From IMG/VR virus record IMGVR_UViG_3300032050_000059: a stretch of 64,000 bases of DNA. One strand, given 5' to 3'. This document shows positions 9,469 to 18,600 of the stretch, one piece after another. Position numbers and translations under genes: made by a program. The notes under the pieces are model-generated. The model did not search any database, was not told where the DNA came from, and worked only from the letters and a program-made list of their open reading frames with translations. The stretch comes from a virus. Taxonomy: Duplodnaviria > Heunggongvirae > Uroviricota > Caudoviricetes. Positions within the stretch are counted from its first letter, which is position 1. Each line of letters starts with the position of its first letter.

Positions 9469-10091
9469 ATATCAGTTCCTCCTACGGGTTTATCAGTTTC
9501 TTCAACCTTTCCACCCTCTTTAATTAATTCAATGAATGGTTCAAAGCTACGCTGATTCAGATAGGTGAAAGAGTTCTGCATATAACTAAGTCTGTTAGTG
9601 CTAGTTTTAACAGAGTTCTCTTTCTTCTGAAGGACATCAAAGTTCAGCGCTTCTATCATTTGAGCTGCTGTATATTCTCCCTCAAGAAGAATCTTATCAA
9701 ACCTGAGCCTGCATTCATCTTTATTCTGTCTCAAGCTTCTTGCGCCTGTGAACTTCTTACCCTTGTGGGTAAATGTATCAGTGCCTGGATATGCTTTCCA
9801 CCACTCTTCAAACTCTGTAGTGGCAGGCTTACGCTTAACAATCTTTGTTGCTTCTTTGCTTTCTATAAATTTAAGGAGCTCTGTCCCTTCTGTCGTTATC
9901 TTCTCATCACTAGTGGATATGAGTCCTTTTCTAATTAAAGTTTGATAGAGCGCAGCGATCTTCATGCTTCCTTCACAGAGAGGCTGAACATCCATCTGCT
10001 GCTCTATCAACTTTAAGAGATAAATAACGTCCAAGGAATAGCCTTTTTTAATCAGCTCTTCAAAATGGTAGGGCGTTATCTTTAAGTTCAT
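9465..10091 (-). CDS. hypothetical protein (208 aa)
   Basis: ORF overlapping the DnaB-like gene start by 4 nt. Its position suggests a helicase-associated function. No motif found. Confidence 0.4.
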   Translation of the reverse strand: MNLKITPYHFEELIKKGYSLDVIYLLKLIEQQMDVQPLCEGSMKIAALYQTLIRKGLISTSDEKITTEGTELLKFIESKEATKIVKRKPATTEFEEWWKAYPGTDTFTHKGKKFTGARSLRQNKDECRLRFDKILLEGEYTAAQMIEALNFDVLQKKENSVKTSTNRLSYMQNSFTYLNQRSFEPFIELIKEGGKVEETDKPVGGTDI

Positions 10092-10249
10092 CTGGCTGGA
10101 GTTTATTCTCGTAAATCACTGTAATCTTTGCAGGAAGTCTATTCTCTTCCTCTATAATTTCCTGCATAATTTCTTCTTCTGTTCTAGCTTTGTCAGCCTG
10201 CAAATATACAACATCTTTCAGGTAATCCCGCTCAAAATCTTCAGAAAAA

Positions 10250-10801
10250 TTAACAACTTGCCCATCCAAAGAATACGTATTTTCCTTCTTTTTCATTTGA
10301 TGACTTTTTGTAGGAGATGTTAGCTACAATAGGCTTTCCCTTCTCCAATGTTTTCTCCATCACAACTGTTGTGGGAGATTGATGTTTCTCTGTGTAAGCT
10401 CTTGCAGCTTTCACTGCATCTCCTTTCGTGTTATGTCTGCTTAATTCGCCTTCACGCTTATGCACAACATACTTGAGCACCCATTTCTTGGTGCCAGGAG
10501 TTACAATGTGTTGCACCTGTGTCTTTATTTTATTACCATTAGTCACAGGTTCCTCTAGACAGATACATTCTGCACCTTGGAACTTAGTAAGTTCATCGAT
10601 GCGCTTCTCAATGTAGTTATACAAAGGAAGTTTTGCAGCTTTATATTCTTTTGTTACATCTCTGAATCCTGGCGTAGAATTGATGGCACCACTATATCCT
10701 TGTTGGTGGCCATATTCTGCTTCAGCATCATCAACTGCGTTCTGGTATGCTTCTTTAGCAGACATACCTCTGCTGTTCACTGTAAATGATTGTGATCCCA
10801 T
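10250..10801 (-). CDS. hypothetical protein (183 aa)
   Basis: ORF. A 78-aa ORF at 10060..10296 partially overlaps it. Confidence 0.4.
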   Translation of the reverse strand: MGSQSFTVNSRGMSAKEAYQNAVDDAEAEYGHQQGYSGAINSTPGFRDVTKEYKAAKLPLYNYIEKRIDELTKFQGAECICLEEPVTNGNKIKTQVQHIVTPGTKKWVLKYVVHKREGELSRHNTKGDAVKAARAYTEKHQSPTTVVMEKTLEKGKPIVANISYKKSSNEKEGKYVFFGWASC

Positions 10802-10813
10802 AAATAATTGATT

Positions 10814-10957
10814 TTAATTGTCATCATCCTCATGCCAAAATGTAGTGGTTGGATCATCGATATCCTCTTCTTCCTCATATAGAGGGGCTTTGTTTATCTC
10901 ATAGGCAAGCCATACCCAGGCAGTCACTAAGACCGCAATAAAAATGTAAATGAACAT
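10814..10957 (-). CDS. small membrane protein (47 aa): one hydrophobic helix plus an acidic tail. Coordinates are approximate.
   Basis: Manual translation gives MFIYIFIAVLVTAWVWLAYEINKAPLYEEEEDIDDPTTTFWHEDDDN. It falls below the ORF-track length cutoff and fills the gap between 10801 and 10963. Confidence 0.3.
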   Translation of the reverse strand: MFIYIFIAVLVTAWVWLAYEINKAPLYEEEEDIDDPTTTFWHEDDDN

Positions 10958-10962
10958 AAGGA

Positions 10963-11394
10963 TTAGTCTTTAATGCGAAGCCCATATCCCAGGTCAAACC
11001 ACTGGAATGTTTGTTCAGCTTTGCCTTTGTTGAATTTAAACACCTTCCTCAGTAGAGGAATAGCGTAAGACTTGAACAGCTCGTGCTGTTGTGTGGTCAT
11101 TGTGAAGTTGTGAAACCACATTTCATCCTTTTTAGCATCCTCTATGGTTTTACCCACCATATTCAGCTGATACTCAATTAGATGGTCCTGTATATTTGTT
11201 CTATTGATGGTCACCTTGGGCTGTGGGAAGAATCTATTGAGCCTTATTTGCTCTAGGAATTCTTTTTTATCCCACACTTCCACATGTGGACGCTCTTCAA
11301 TAAAAGACAGCTTGACAATATCCCCTTTAATGTAACTGATGAAACAAGGAGTACCAATGTAGTCCTTGTACTTGTCTCCTTTTGAAAGTTTCAT
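10963..11394 (-). CDS. hypothetical protein (143 aa)
   Basis: ORF that abuts the polymerase gene stop. Confidence 0.4.
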   Translation of the reverse strand: MKLSKGDKYKDYIGTPCFISYIKGDIVKLSFIEERPHVEVWDKKEFLEQIRLNRFFPQPKVTINRTNIQDHLIEYQLNMVGKTIEDAKKDEMWFHNFTMTTQQHELFKSYAIPLLRKVFKFNKGKAEQTFQWFDLGYGLRIKD

Positions 11395-13352
11395 TAGAAT
11401 AAGGTTAACTGATTAGGATTAACTACCACCTTGCGCTTCTTGCCTTCAGATGCTATCTTATAGATGATCTTCTCAGCACGCTCAATGTAATAGTCATAAT
11501 TAATGTTATCCAGAGGATGTTTTTTGTCTAGGTGATTGCATACGGTGGCTAACCACTCACCAGCTTCCACTTGTGAAACACTGGCAGCACCACTTTGACT
11601 GTCCTCATTTTTAACCTTTAGGAGCTTTTCTCCTGTATTGGAGATGTAATAACGAATGAGCTTATTGTATAGCTTCTTCTCACCTGTTGACTTATCTATT
11701 CCTTCATAATGGAAATCCTTGCTAGCCTTTTGTCTCAGGCAGAAGTCAAAGATATTATTATGATTCCTAATAGTATGCTCAATAGGTATATCACGAACAA
11801 AATATTGTTCAAGAGCCATTGGTACAATGCGTGCTGACTTGTTCTTATGAAGCTCGAAATCTGTGAGGAAATCGCCTTTCTTCTTAATTTCTCCATCTGT
11901 TTTTATCGCAAGATAGTCATTTACAGTGGAAAATATAATTTTTTGATAGTCAGCTCGTTCTAGCTCATATTTGGTCAGTTCAGACCACCATTTGTTTATC
12001 TCATGCATCCTATCGATGAGTGTCTTCTTTATTCTTATAGTGACACCATCTGTATTTGCAGAGATAACACGTATACCAGCTAGTTCATAGGCCTCAATAA
12101 GCATCATCAGGCTCAGTTCACCTGTAATAGTGGTGAACATAGTGAGCTGCCTATCATAAATCCAGGATTGCATATCACTAGATTTGCCATAAACTGAGTT
12201 TACAGCAAGCTTCAGTGCACCTACAATACCCTTGATTTTCTTATCCTTCTTAGCTAAAGGCTTGAGTTCCAATCGCTTCTCAAACATGGCTTGATAGCCT
12301 CTGAGAAACGCAGATCCTAAGTGTTGTGGATAACGGCCATTATTAATGATGATGGCTGGATAATAGGAACTTACGTCCCAGTCTATAATCTCATGCTCAT
12401 CATCAGCTTCAAATATCTTAGGTTTATTCTCTGTATGCAGTCCGCCCTTCATGAAAGAATATACATTATCATAGAAATGTAGCTCCTCCTTAAAGTCATC
12501 CTGCAGCCCTAAGCTTAATCTCTTTATTCTCTTGAGGAAGTCTTGTAGCTCTTTGGTCTGAAACTCCACATATGGAGCAATACAGTTCTTTACAGCTATA
12601 GTCTTCCTAAAGAAGCCCTTCTTGGGCAGTTCTTTATATTCTATTCCCTTCTCCTGGCAATAGAACTTCTTAATCATCTCATCACCTATCTTACTATCAG
12701 AATAGTTGAGACAAGGGATACCGAACTCTTGCTCGATATCCTGTCTCAGCTCAATCTTATTATCTCCCTTATACAAGGGATGATCTGTTTGTCCAATAGT
12801 AACTAAATAGAATTGATAAGTGGCCCACACATCATTCAAACAATAACCCGTGATGGTAAAAATATCATCGCTGGTCATGTCTGTCTTGTTGTGATCAATA
12901 GGCATCTCCTCAATATTCTCAAGGTCCATCTCAAACTCTAATCTCTTCAGGCTCACTCTTCTATTCTTGTTGTCAAAGTGGTGTATCCTGAATAAGTCTA
13001 TTTGTTTGAGCGTGAGGTCTGTCTCACGATACTCTGGAAATACATCATGATTAGCATCATCAATAACATCAGATGCTTTCTGATTTATCCTGGCTGTAAT
13101 CTCTAGACTAGAGAGCTCATGCCAATTCTCATAGTTGCGTATCACCCATTCTATCACCTGAGAGTCAAAGCGCAAGTTGTTGTAGCCCACCCAATGATAG
13201 TCTTTGTACTTCTCTGTGAAATTAATAAACGCATCCAGATTGTTCTCATCCTTATTCACCTTGAACACTCTGTATGGTTCTTGAGGAATCAACGCCACCA
13301 CAAGGAAATATTCTTTAAGCGTCTCTATGTCATAAATGATTACATTGTCCAT
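11394..13352 (-). CDS. family-B DNA polymerase with 3'-5' exonuclease domain
   Basis: Exo I IIYDIETL. Pol motif A DWDVSSYYPAII (Dx2SLYPS-like). Motif B KLAVNSVYGKS (Kx3NSxYG). Motif C-like ISANTDGV. Confidence 0.8.
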   Translation of the reverse strand: MDNVIIYDIETLKEYFLVVALIPQEPYRVFKVNKDENNLDAFINFTEKYKDYHWVGYNNLRFDSQVIEWVIRNYENWHELSSLEITARINQKASDVIDDANHDVFPEYRETDLTLKQIDLFRIHHFDNKNRRVSLKRLEFEMDLENIEEMPIDHNKTDMTSDDIFTITGYCLNDVWATYQFYLVTIGQTDHPLYKGDNKIELRQDIEQEFGIPCLNYSDSKIGDEMIKKFYCQEKGIEYKELPKKGFFRKTIAVKNCIAPYVEFQTKELQDFLKRIKRLSLGLQDDFKEELHFYDNVYSFMKGGLHTENKPKIFEADDEHEIIDWDVSSYYPAIIINNGRYPQHLGSAFLRGYQAMFEKRLELKPLAKKDKKIKGIVGALKLAVNSVYGKSSDMQSWIYDRQLTMFTTITGELSLMMLIEAYELAGIRVISANTDGVTIRIKKTLIDRMHEINKWWSELTKYELERADYQKIIFSTVNDYLAIKTDGEIKKKGDFLTDFELHKNKSARIVPMALEQYFVRDIPIEHTIRNHNNIFDFCLRQKASKDFHYEGIDKSTGEKKLYNKLIRYYISNTGEKLLKVKNEDSQSGAASVSQVEAGEWLATVCNHLDKKHPLDNINYDYYIERAEKIIYKIASEGKKRKVVVNPNQLTLF

Positions 13353-13513
13353 TATTCTTCTATTTTCCAGTAGTGATCACATTCTTTCTTCTCCTCATTG
13401 TATGGAGGATTAACAAAATAGGATTGTCTGTATTCATTAGGTGTAGCTGTATATCTATAACAGTCTTCCTTCAGAGGACAATCTTTGCCTTCGCACATTG
13501 TGATATCGGCCAT
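13352..13513 (-). CDS. small Cys-rich protein (53 aa) translationally coupled to the polymerase gene
   Basis: Manual translation gives MADITMCEGKDCPLKEDCYRYTATPNEYRQSYFVNPPYNEEKKECDHYWKIEE. Its stop TAA overlaps the PolB ATG (TAATG), and its ATG overlaps the HNH stop by 1 nt. Confidence 0.35.
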   Translation of the reverse strand: MADITMCEGKDCPLKEDCYRYTATPNEYRQSYFVNPPYNEEKKECDHYWKIEE

Positions 13514-13929
13514 TAGATTTCGTTTTTAATATACTTGATAATATTCTCTAATATGTCTAGAGTTAATGATGACTTTAGAAGATTGGCTTTTCGAGATATC
13601 ACTCTGATATTACCTTTTACATATCCTTTATTGTTATCAACTCTATCTAAAGACATTGCATTTGGTAAATACCCATCGCCTTTTGCTAGTGTTAATCCAA
13701 GAATAGGACACTTTTCTGGTATGATTATATCCTCTTTTTCTATACTAAACTCAGTTCCATATTTTCTGGCTCTGGTTCTAGCAACATACCATAAATAATA
13801 TTGAGGGTCATTCTTAAACTTAACCTTTCTAGACGTCTCATATAAAACCTTATTGCCTTGTGAACGTTTTTCCTTATTTTTCTTTCTATACTCTATATCG
13901 TAGAGTCTCTTTTTTTCCTTGGATGTCAT
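13513..13929 (-). CDS. HNH homing endonuclease (HNH_3-type)
   Basis: C-terminal motif SLDRVDNNKGYVKGNIRVISRKAN. It is free-standing and immediately upstream of the polymerase gene. Confidence 0.75.
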   Translation of the reverse strand: MTSKEKKRLYDIEYRKKNKEKRSQGNKVLYETSRKVKFKNDPQYYLWYVARTRARKYGTEFSIEKEDIIIPEKCPILGLTLAKGDGYLPNAMSLDRVDNNKGYVKGNIRVISRKANLLKSSLTLDILENIIKYIKNEI

Positions 13930-14011
13930 AAGTTTACAATTTAGGACACAAGGTAAAACAAAAATGTCAGAAAACCAAATTTTTCAGGCACAAAATTTTA
14001 TATCTGGCATA

Positions 14012-14311
14012 CTATTTCTTTTTAGGAGCGGCCTTCTTAACTGCAGCCTTTTTCTTAGGAGCAGCTTTCTTTTTAGGCTTTTCAATAACATCAGTTTCAA
14101 GAACCACCTTAATAGCTAATGCCATCATCTCACGAAACTGATTACCTTCATCTTCAGTTGCCATAAGACATGCAAGAGCTGCTGTCATTGTTGTTGGATC
14201 ACCTTTCATTTTCACTGCGCACACTTCATCACTAGTACATACGATAGTGAGGCGTGCTGTTTCTTTTACAGCTTTCTTTGTAGCTGCTTTTTTGTTTACT
14301 GCTTTTGCCAT
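14012..14311 (-). CDS. histone H1-like lysine/alanine-rich DNA-binding protein
   Basis: N-terminus AKAVNKKAATKKAVK and C-terminus KPKKKAAPKKKAAVKKAAPKKK, resembling linker-histone / Hc1-like tails. Confidence 0.55.
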   Translation of the reverse strand: MAKAVNKKAATKKAVKETARLTIVCTSDEVCAVKMKGDPTTMTAALACLMATEDEGNQFREMMALAIKVVLETDVIEKPKKKAAPKKKAAVKKAAPKKK

Positions 14312-14542
14312 TTATTTGTTTTGATGGTAAATGTTTCTCACCTTATTGCCCAGTTCCTGGTCATTTGGTGTGTCTTCAATAATACTGTTTGGGATGAGTG
14401 TGTTTACACGCTCTGATCCCTTGTTATAACATGCTTTGCACAACTGTCCAATACCCTGAATATACCCAATACGCATGTCAATGTGTGTTTCAAAATCATA
14501 TGGTGTTTCTACACCACATATGATGCATACATCTTTTGCCAT
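14312..14542 (-). CDS. small Zn-finger protein (76 aa)
   Basis: CIICG...CKACY cysteine pairs. ORF in the early-gene array. Confidence 0.4.
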   Translation of the reverse strand: MAKDVCIICGVETPYDFETHIDMRIGYIQGIGQLCKACYNKGSERVNTLIPNSIIEDTPNDQELGNKVRNIYHQNK

Positions 14543-14591
14543 AAGAAAGGTGTTTTAAGTTTCCCCCACCAATATAGTGAGGGAAACAAAT

Positions 14592-14813
14592 TTACTTAAG
14601 TCTGCGCAATCTAACAACTCTTTTGTATGCGTCCGAAGGACAATAATACATTTTGTTGTTTTCTATCACCAGTCTATTAGTTTTCTTCTGTTTAAAGATG
14701 GCATCAATGAGCTTGTTAACATTGATGTTATCAGTGTCATCAGAATAAACTAATGGTCTGATTGGGCTCCATGAGGAGCGGTACACGAGGGATGATGAGG
14801 GTTGTGTAAGCAT
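14592..14813 (-). CDS. hypothetical small protein (73 aa)
   Basis: ORF in the early-gene array. Confidence 0.3.
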   Translation of the reverse strand: MLTQPSSSLVYRSSWSPIRPLVYSDDTDNINVNKLIDAIFKQKKTNRLVIENNKMYYCPSDAYKRVVRLRRLK

Positions 14814-14832
14814 GACTATATGGGTTTATGGT

Positions 14833-15153
14833 TTAGAAATATATTCTAATATGATCGTCATATCTCTCCACCCTTGCTATTTTCTGTGTAGGAGTTCTAG
14901 GAGTTTCCATTACAGCTGTTTCAGGAGCTGCAGGAGTTGTTGTATTCTTTTTCCTGCGTCTCTTTGGACCATTCCATTCTGCAATTTTGTACGTACGCTT
15001 AGCGAGATTGTACAATGTCATACGGAATGATTCTTCTGGTCTGTTGTACTGAGCTGCCAATCTTTCTGAAATAGAAACAATAGGCTCTCCTGTGCGAATA
15101 ATTGCTTTAAGTTGATTTACTTCTTCTGTTGTGAGGCGTTGTCCTTTTGGCAT
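14833..15153 (-). CDS. hypothetical protein (106 aa), possible HTH regulator with a basic C-terminus
   Basis: N-terminal LTTEEVNQLKAIIRTGEPIVSISERL is helix-turn-helix-like. It also contains a KRRRKK basic patch. Confidence 0.35.
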   Translation of the reverse strand: MPKGQRLTTEEVNQLKAIIRTGEPIVSISERLAAQYNRPEESFRMTLYNLAKRTYKIAEWNGPKRRRKKNTTTPAAPETAVMETPRTPTQKIARVERYDDHIRIYF

Positions 15154-15179
15154 TTTATTGAATTTTAATTGTTAGTGAG

Positions 15180-15380
15180 TTATTTGCTCTTTTTGTTGCT
15201 TACTTTATAACGTGCTTGATCTCTAATAGCTTGCATAGAACATCTGTAAGCAGATACAGCTCCCTTTAGAGAGGCTAAACTAGATGAATCTTTGAACCCT
15301 GAATAAGCATGATTGCCCATATCAAAGGTAGCGTTCTCGATGTGCTCTAACTTTTTAATAGATGTTACTTGAGTTTTCAT
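15180..15380 (-). CDS. hypothetical small protein (66 aa)
   Basis: ORF. Confidence 0.3.
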   Translation of the reverse strand: MKTQVTSIKKLEHIENATFDMGNHAYSGFKDSSSLASLKGAVSAYRCSMQAIRDQARYKVSNKKSK

Positions 15381-15882
15381 TTTCCAATTGTTTTAAAAGT
15401 CTTAAACACTTTAGGTAAATTATGTAATTCTTTCTTTGCTGTGGTGTAGTATACTCTCCTAGTTGATATCTGGCATATCTATCACTGGTCATAAATCTGT
15501 CACTATTTTCTTTCAACCATTGTTCTGCACGAATCCTATTCTTTTCTATATAAACAGGATTATTTTTAACTTTAGCATAATATCTAGCAGATCTCTCTGC
15601 AATAGTGAGAGGTGTTTTCTTGACTATTGGATGTAATTTTCTATATTCTCTACGCTTGGTCTTTTTTTTCAGTAAATAAGTTTGATAACTACGACGAGTT
15701 TTTCTATTTTCGTTATACTTTTTCTTATCGCAGTTTTTCCATCTATTTCTCTGATTTTCAAGACGTTTAGTAGAACACCAAAGTCTATCACCATGTGAAT
15801 ACCATTTTGTATTGCCACAACAAGGACATATCTTGTCTGGAATATCTATTGTAGGCATATCACCAGATTTCAAATCCTCCAC
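15355..15882 (-). CDS. basic Zn-ribbon protein (175 aa)
   Basis: CPCCGNTKW...WCSTKR zinc ribbon followed by a very lysine/arginine-rich region. Likely nucleic-acid binding. Confidence 0.4.
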   Translation of the reverse strand: MEDLKSGDMPTIDIPDKICPCCGNTKWYSHGDRLWCSTKRLENQRNRWKNCDKKKYNENRKTRRSYQTYLLKKKTKRREYRKLHPIVKKTPLTIAERSARYYAKVKNNPVYIEKNRIRAEQWLKENSDRFMTSDRYARYQLGEYTTPQQRKNYIIYLKCLRLLKQLENENSSNIY

Positions 15883-16432
15883 AATGGCGAAGGAATGTTA
15901 CAAAGTTTGTTACGTGATAGAGAGGAGCACTGTGTGATGGGAATACCAAATTACCTTTGTCATCCACCACCCCATTATAGAGAATAGTTCCAATTGGATG
16001 GTCCTGGTTTAGTTTCTCTGTTCTATCAGAGTTAATAAACCTGCCATCAGACGTGGTCCAGCTGCCTAAACATAGGTAGAATCTATCATCCTCATCATGC
16101 ATATTGGCATTATTGAGTATCATGAATGCCTCAATTGCGTCAGCTAATGCATCACAATCTTCCTGTGTCTTTAAGCCACCACCACTATTCTCTCCCCACA
16201 ACTTGGTATCAAAAGGAAGCTCTGTAGCATGTATAGCCATATCAGCTATTGCATGAATTGGTCTCCAACCCCACCAATTGCTTCTGAAATACACACCAGG
16301 ATTATTACTATGGAATAGATCCATAGAGTTGAAATACATACTCTTTTCATAATCTGTGGCTGTCTCCCAGTTTGGTTCTTTTGGGCGATCCCCTGTAATA
16401 CGAGGATTTATCCCAGCAATGTCTACTCCCAT
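15860..16432 (-). CDS. hypothetical protein (190 aa)
   Basis: ORF. No motif recognised. Confidence 0.4.
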   Translation of the reverse strand: MGVDIAGINPRITGDRPKEPNWETATDYEKSMYFNSMDLFHSNNPGVYFRSNWWGWRPIHAIADMAIHATELPFDTKLWGENSGGGLKTQEDCDALADAIEAFMILNNANMHDEDDRFYLCLGSWTTSDGRFINSDRTEKLNQDHPIGTILYNGVVDDKGNLVFPSHSAPLYHVTNFVTFLRHCGGFEIW

Positions 16433-16620
16433 AAACTGTTTTTTGATTTTGAATAATCTTGCATCATTTGATTTGCTGTAATGATCCCTGACCTATCCAC
16501 ATATAGTCTGCCAACATGTAAGTCTTGCATCCATCTGTGAAAACGAGGATCTTGTTGTGTCTGTGCTCTTTCAGACTCAATTTCTTGAAGTCTTTGAATA
16601 GAAATGTGCTCTAAATTCAT
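16423..16620 (-). CDS. hypothetical small protein (about 66 aa; internal Met start chosen to avoid overlap with the upstream gene)
   Basis: The 126-aa ORF 16423..16803 overlaps 16637..17224 by 160 nt. Shortening it to the MNLEHISIQ... start removes the overlap. Confidence 0.25.
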   Translation of the reverse strand: MNLEHISIQRLQEIESERAQTQQDPRFHRWMQDLHVGRLYVDRSGIITANQMMQDYSKSKNSLWE

Positions 16621-16636
16621 ATTCTCTTTGTTTTTG

Positions 16637-17224
16637 TTAAGAATTGTCGTCCATATCTGTTTCATCATCTTCTTCATCATAATATATTTCTCCCTCTCCC
16701 TTACATACAGGACAGGCTGTGTCTGGTGTAGCACCATATCCTGAACCATTACAATGTCCACATAACCAAGGACCATCATCCTCTTCTTCCTCTTCCTCAT
16801 CATCCCATGTGTCAGGAATAGACATAGTCACCTTGTCTGCGTAAATAATAGGATTCACCTCATCCTCATGAGCAAAATCCCATTCATCTATCTCAATGTG
16901 TACATATCCATCCCATTCATTAATGATAAGATTGATATCCTTTAGTTCTACATCTCTGAGCTCATCGAACTCAGGACCATCATCCCACCATCCAATCTCA
17001 TGTGGCTCAGCTATCACCTGCTCATCATAAATTAAATAAGGCTCTACAGGCGCACCATGTTTAGCTATGAACTCTTGCATGGGTTCTAAAGGAAACTTAT
17101 CAAGTGCCCATATCTCTGAATATTCTTTTCTGGTGCCTGGATTGAGTTTTGTAATAAACCACATTCCTAGCTCCAATTGCTTAGGCATATAGCTCTTAAG
17201 TACGAGTTCTGCGGTGAAATGCAT
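16637..17224 (-). CDS. acidic protein with a C-terminal DnaJ-like CxxCxGxG zinc finger (195 aa)
   Basis: CGHCNGSGYG...CPVCKGEGEI motif pair, and an EEEEEEDD acidic tract. Confidence 0.4.
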   Translation of the reverse strand: MHFTAELVLKSYMPKQLELGMWFITKLNPGTRKEYSEIWALDKFPLEPMQEFIAKHGAPVEPYLIYDEQVIAEPHEIGWWDDGPEFDELRDVELKDINLIINEWDGYVHIEIDEWDFAHEDEVNPIIYADKVTMSIPDTWDDEEEEEEDDGPWLCGHCNGSGYGATPDTACPVCKGEGEIYYDEEDDETDMDDNS

Positions 17225-17226
17225 AA

Positions 17227-17445
17227 CTATTTGTTTTGCAGATGTTTAAGAATGTCTTTCTCTTTAAATGTACGCTTCTGTGGATTAGCAGCACCCATAG
17301 GATCTTGTGTACTATCTACACGAACACATTCGTACAGATCATCTCCTAAATGTTTAGCCACCTTCCATGCTTGATACAATGATTTGCCAGCTGTGCCAGC
17401 CTCATGTCTTTCAATATGCTTTCTGAATATTGTTCCTATTCTCAT
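17227..17445 (-). CDS. hypothetical small protein (72 aa)
   Basis: ORF. Confidence 0.3.
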   Translation of the reverse strand: MRIGTIFRKHIERHEAGTAGKSLYQAWKVAKHLGDDLYECVRVDSTQDPMGAANPQKRTFKEKDILKHLQNK

Positions 17446-17471
17446 ATTATTCTTTTTTATATGTTTCGTAG

Positions 17472-17801
17472 TTATTTTTTTTCAGGTGTTCCAAAAGGAC
17501 CAATAATATAATCATCTATTTCTCTGTCATTAAGATATTCTTGTTCATTTGCATAGTTCTCTGCATCATTGATATGATTGCATTGAGCATCTGTATATCC
17601 AGCATTATAATCTTTTATACGCTGCTCTTTCTCCATTGCTTTGGCTTGGTTAATAAGATTATCCAATAGCAACCATTCAATAGTGACATAACCCAATCCT
17701 GAATTATTTTCTAATTGCTGCTTGAGCCATTCTACTGCTGTTTGTTGTGCCATGTTTTGCATTTTTAAGGATTCTTGTTGTGCAATTTGTAGCTCACACA
17801 T
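17472..17801 (-). CDS. hypothetical protein (109 aa), Q-rich
   Basis: ORF. Its ATG at 17801 is embedded in a palindrome and tandem-repeat cluster. Confidence 0.4.
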   Translation of the reverse strand: MCELQIAQQESLKMQNMAQQTAVEWLKQQLENNSGLGYVTIEWLLLDNLINQAKAMEKEQRIKDYNAGYTDAQCNHINDAENYANEQEYLNDREIDDYIIGPFGTPEKK

Positions 17802-18310
17802 GAGCTATAATGTCCGTTATAACGGACAAAAATGAGCTATAATGTGCATAATAACGGACATTATACTCTTTTGGATATAAAAAGGCAATATATTGCTCTT
17901 TTATATGCTTTCGGGTATAGAAAACAGTTTTACGTACGTAAAAGTGTGATTTACAGCACTTTTTCAAACATAAAAATGGAGCAGCCTATGTTTCAAGACT
18001 GCTCCTGTGTACTTACTAATAACCCAACCCTTCGAGTTCATATGCATTAGCTTCCACAACAATATTGCCATGGCTCACTGAATACATAAATAAGATGTGC
18101 AAGCGATTTGCAAGGGCTTGGAATAGTTTAAACTCTGTTGGTGTGAATGTGATCTTTTTCATTTTGAAGGATTGTGTGTTGTTGATTAATAAGGACGATT
18201 TGCTTTACGAACAACCTGTTCCCAAGTCATTCTACCCTTGCAGCCATAACCTGTGGTCCTGCAAGACGACATAAATATAGCAATAACTGCTAACAATAAC
18301 AATTTTCTCA
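17802..18310. promoter_or_regulatory. ORF-poor regulatory region dense in perfect palindromes and a 30-bp tandem duplication
   Basis: Perfect palindromes: TGTCCGTTATAACGGACA (17811-17828), GCAATATATTGC (17886-17897), TTTTACGTACGTAAAA (17927-17942), and the hairpin GGAGCAG-N14-CTGCTCC (17979-18006). There is a tandem ATGAGCTATAATGT... duplication at 17802 and 17832, and an inverted copy ATAACGGACATTAT at 17851-17864. Confidence 0.5.
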
Positions 18311-18493
18311 TTAGAACTTGTTTTTAGGGTTGAGAAATTCCTTTTTATTATCCATGAGAGATGTAAATATCCCTTCACATGCATTATCCCAATGTGAGCT
18401 GTCCCACATAATAATGCTAACTATTGCATGCCATGCAATGAATGGTGAGGCTAATGCTATAGACACACCATAATAAAACCATCTTAACAACAT
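18311..18493 (-). CDS. small hydrophobic (membrane) protein (60 aa)
   Basis: The hydrophobic stretch YYGVSIALASPFIAWHAIVSIIMW. Confidence 0.35.
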   Translation of the reverse strand: MLLRWFYYGVSIALASPFIAWHAIVSIIMWDSSHWDNACEGIFTSLMDNKKEFLNPKNKF

Positions 18494-18565
18494 AACTAAT
18501 TGATTTACAAATTAATAATAACTGATTGATTATCAGCTGATTAATACTATTTTCTGTATTCTAGA

Positions 18566-18600
18566 TAAATAAAAAGGGGACCGTGTAGACACACATCCCC
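18566..18600 (-). terminator. candidate rho-independent terminator for the leftward transcript
   Basis: On the minus strand: GGGGATGTGTGTCTACACGGTCCCC stem-loop followed by TTTTTATTTAT. Confidence 0.45.

Noticed and set aside
17832-18274. Two plus-strand ORFs (72 and 69 aa) in the 17.8-18.3 kb spacer
   Set aside because: They span multiple perfect palindromes and sit antisense to the local transcription direction. They are more consistent with a regulatory region, though a small rightward gene cannot be excluded.
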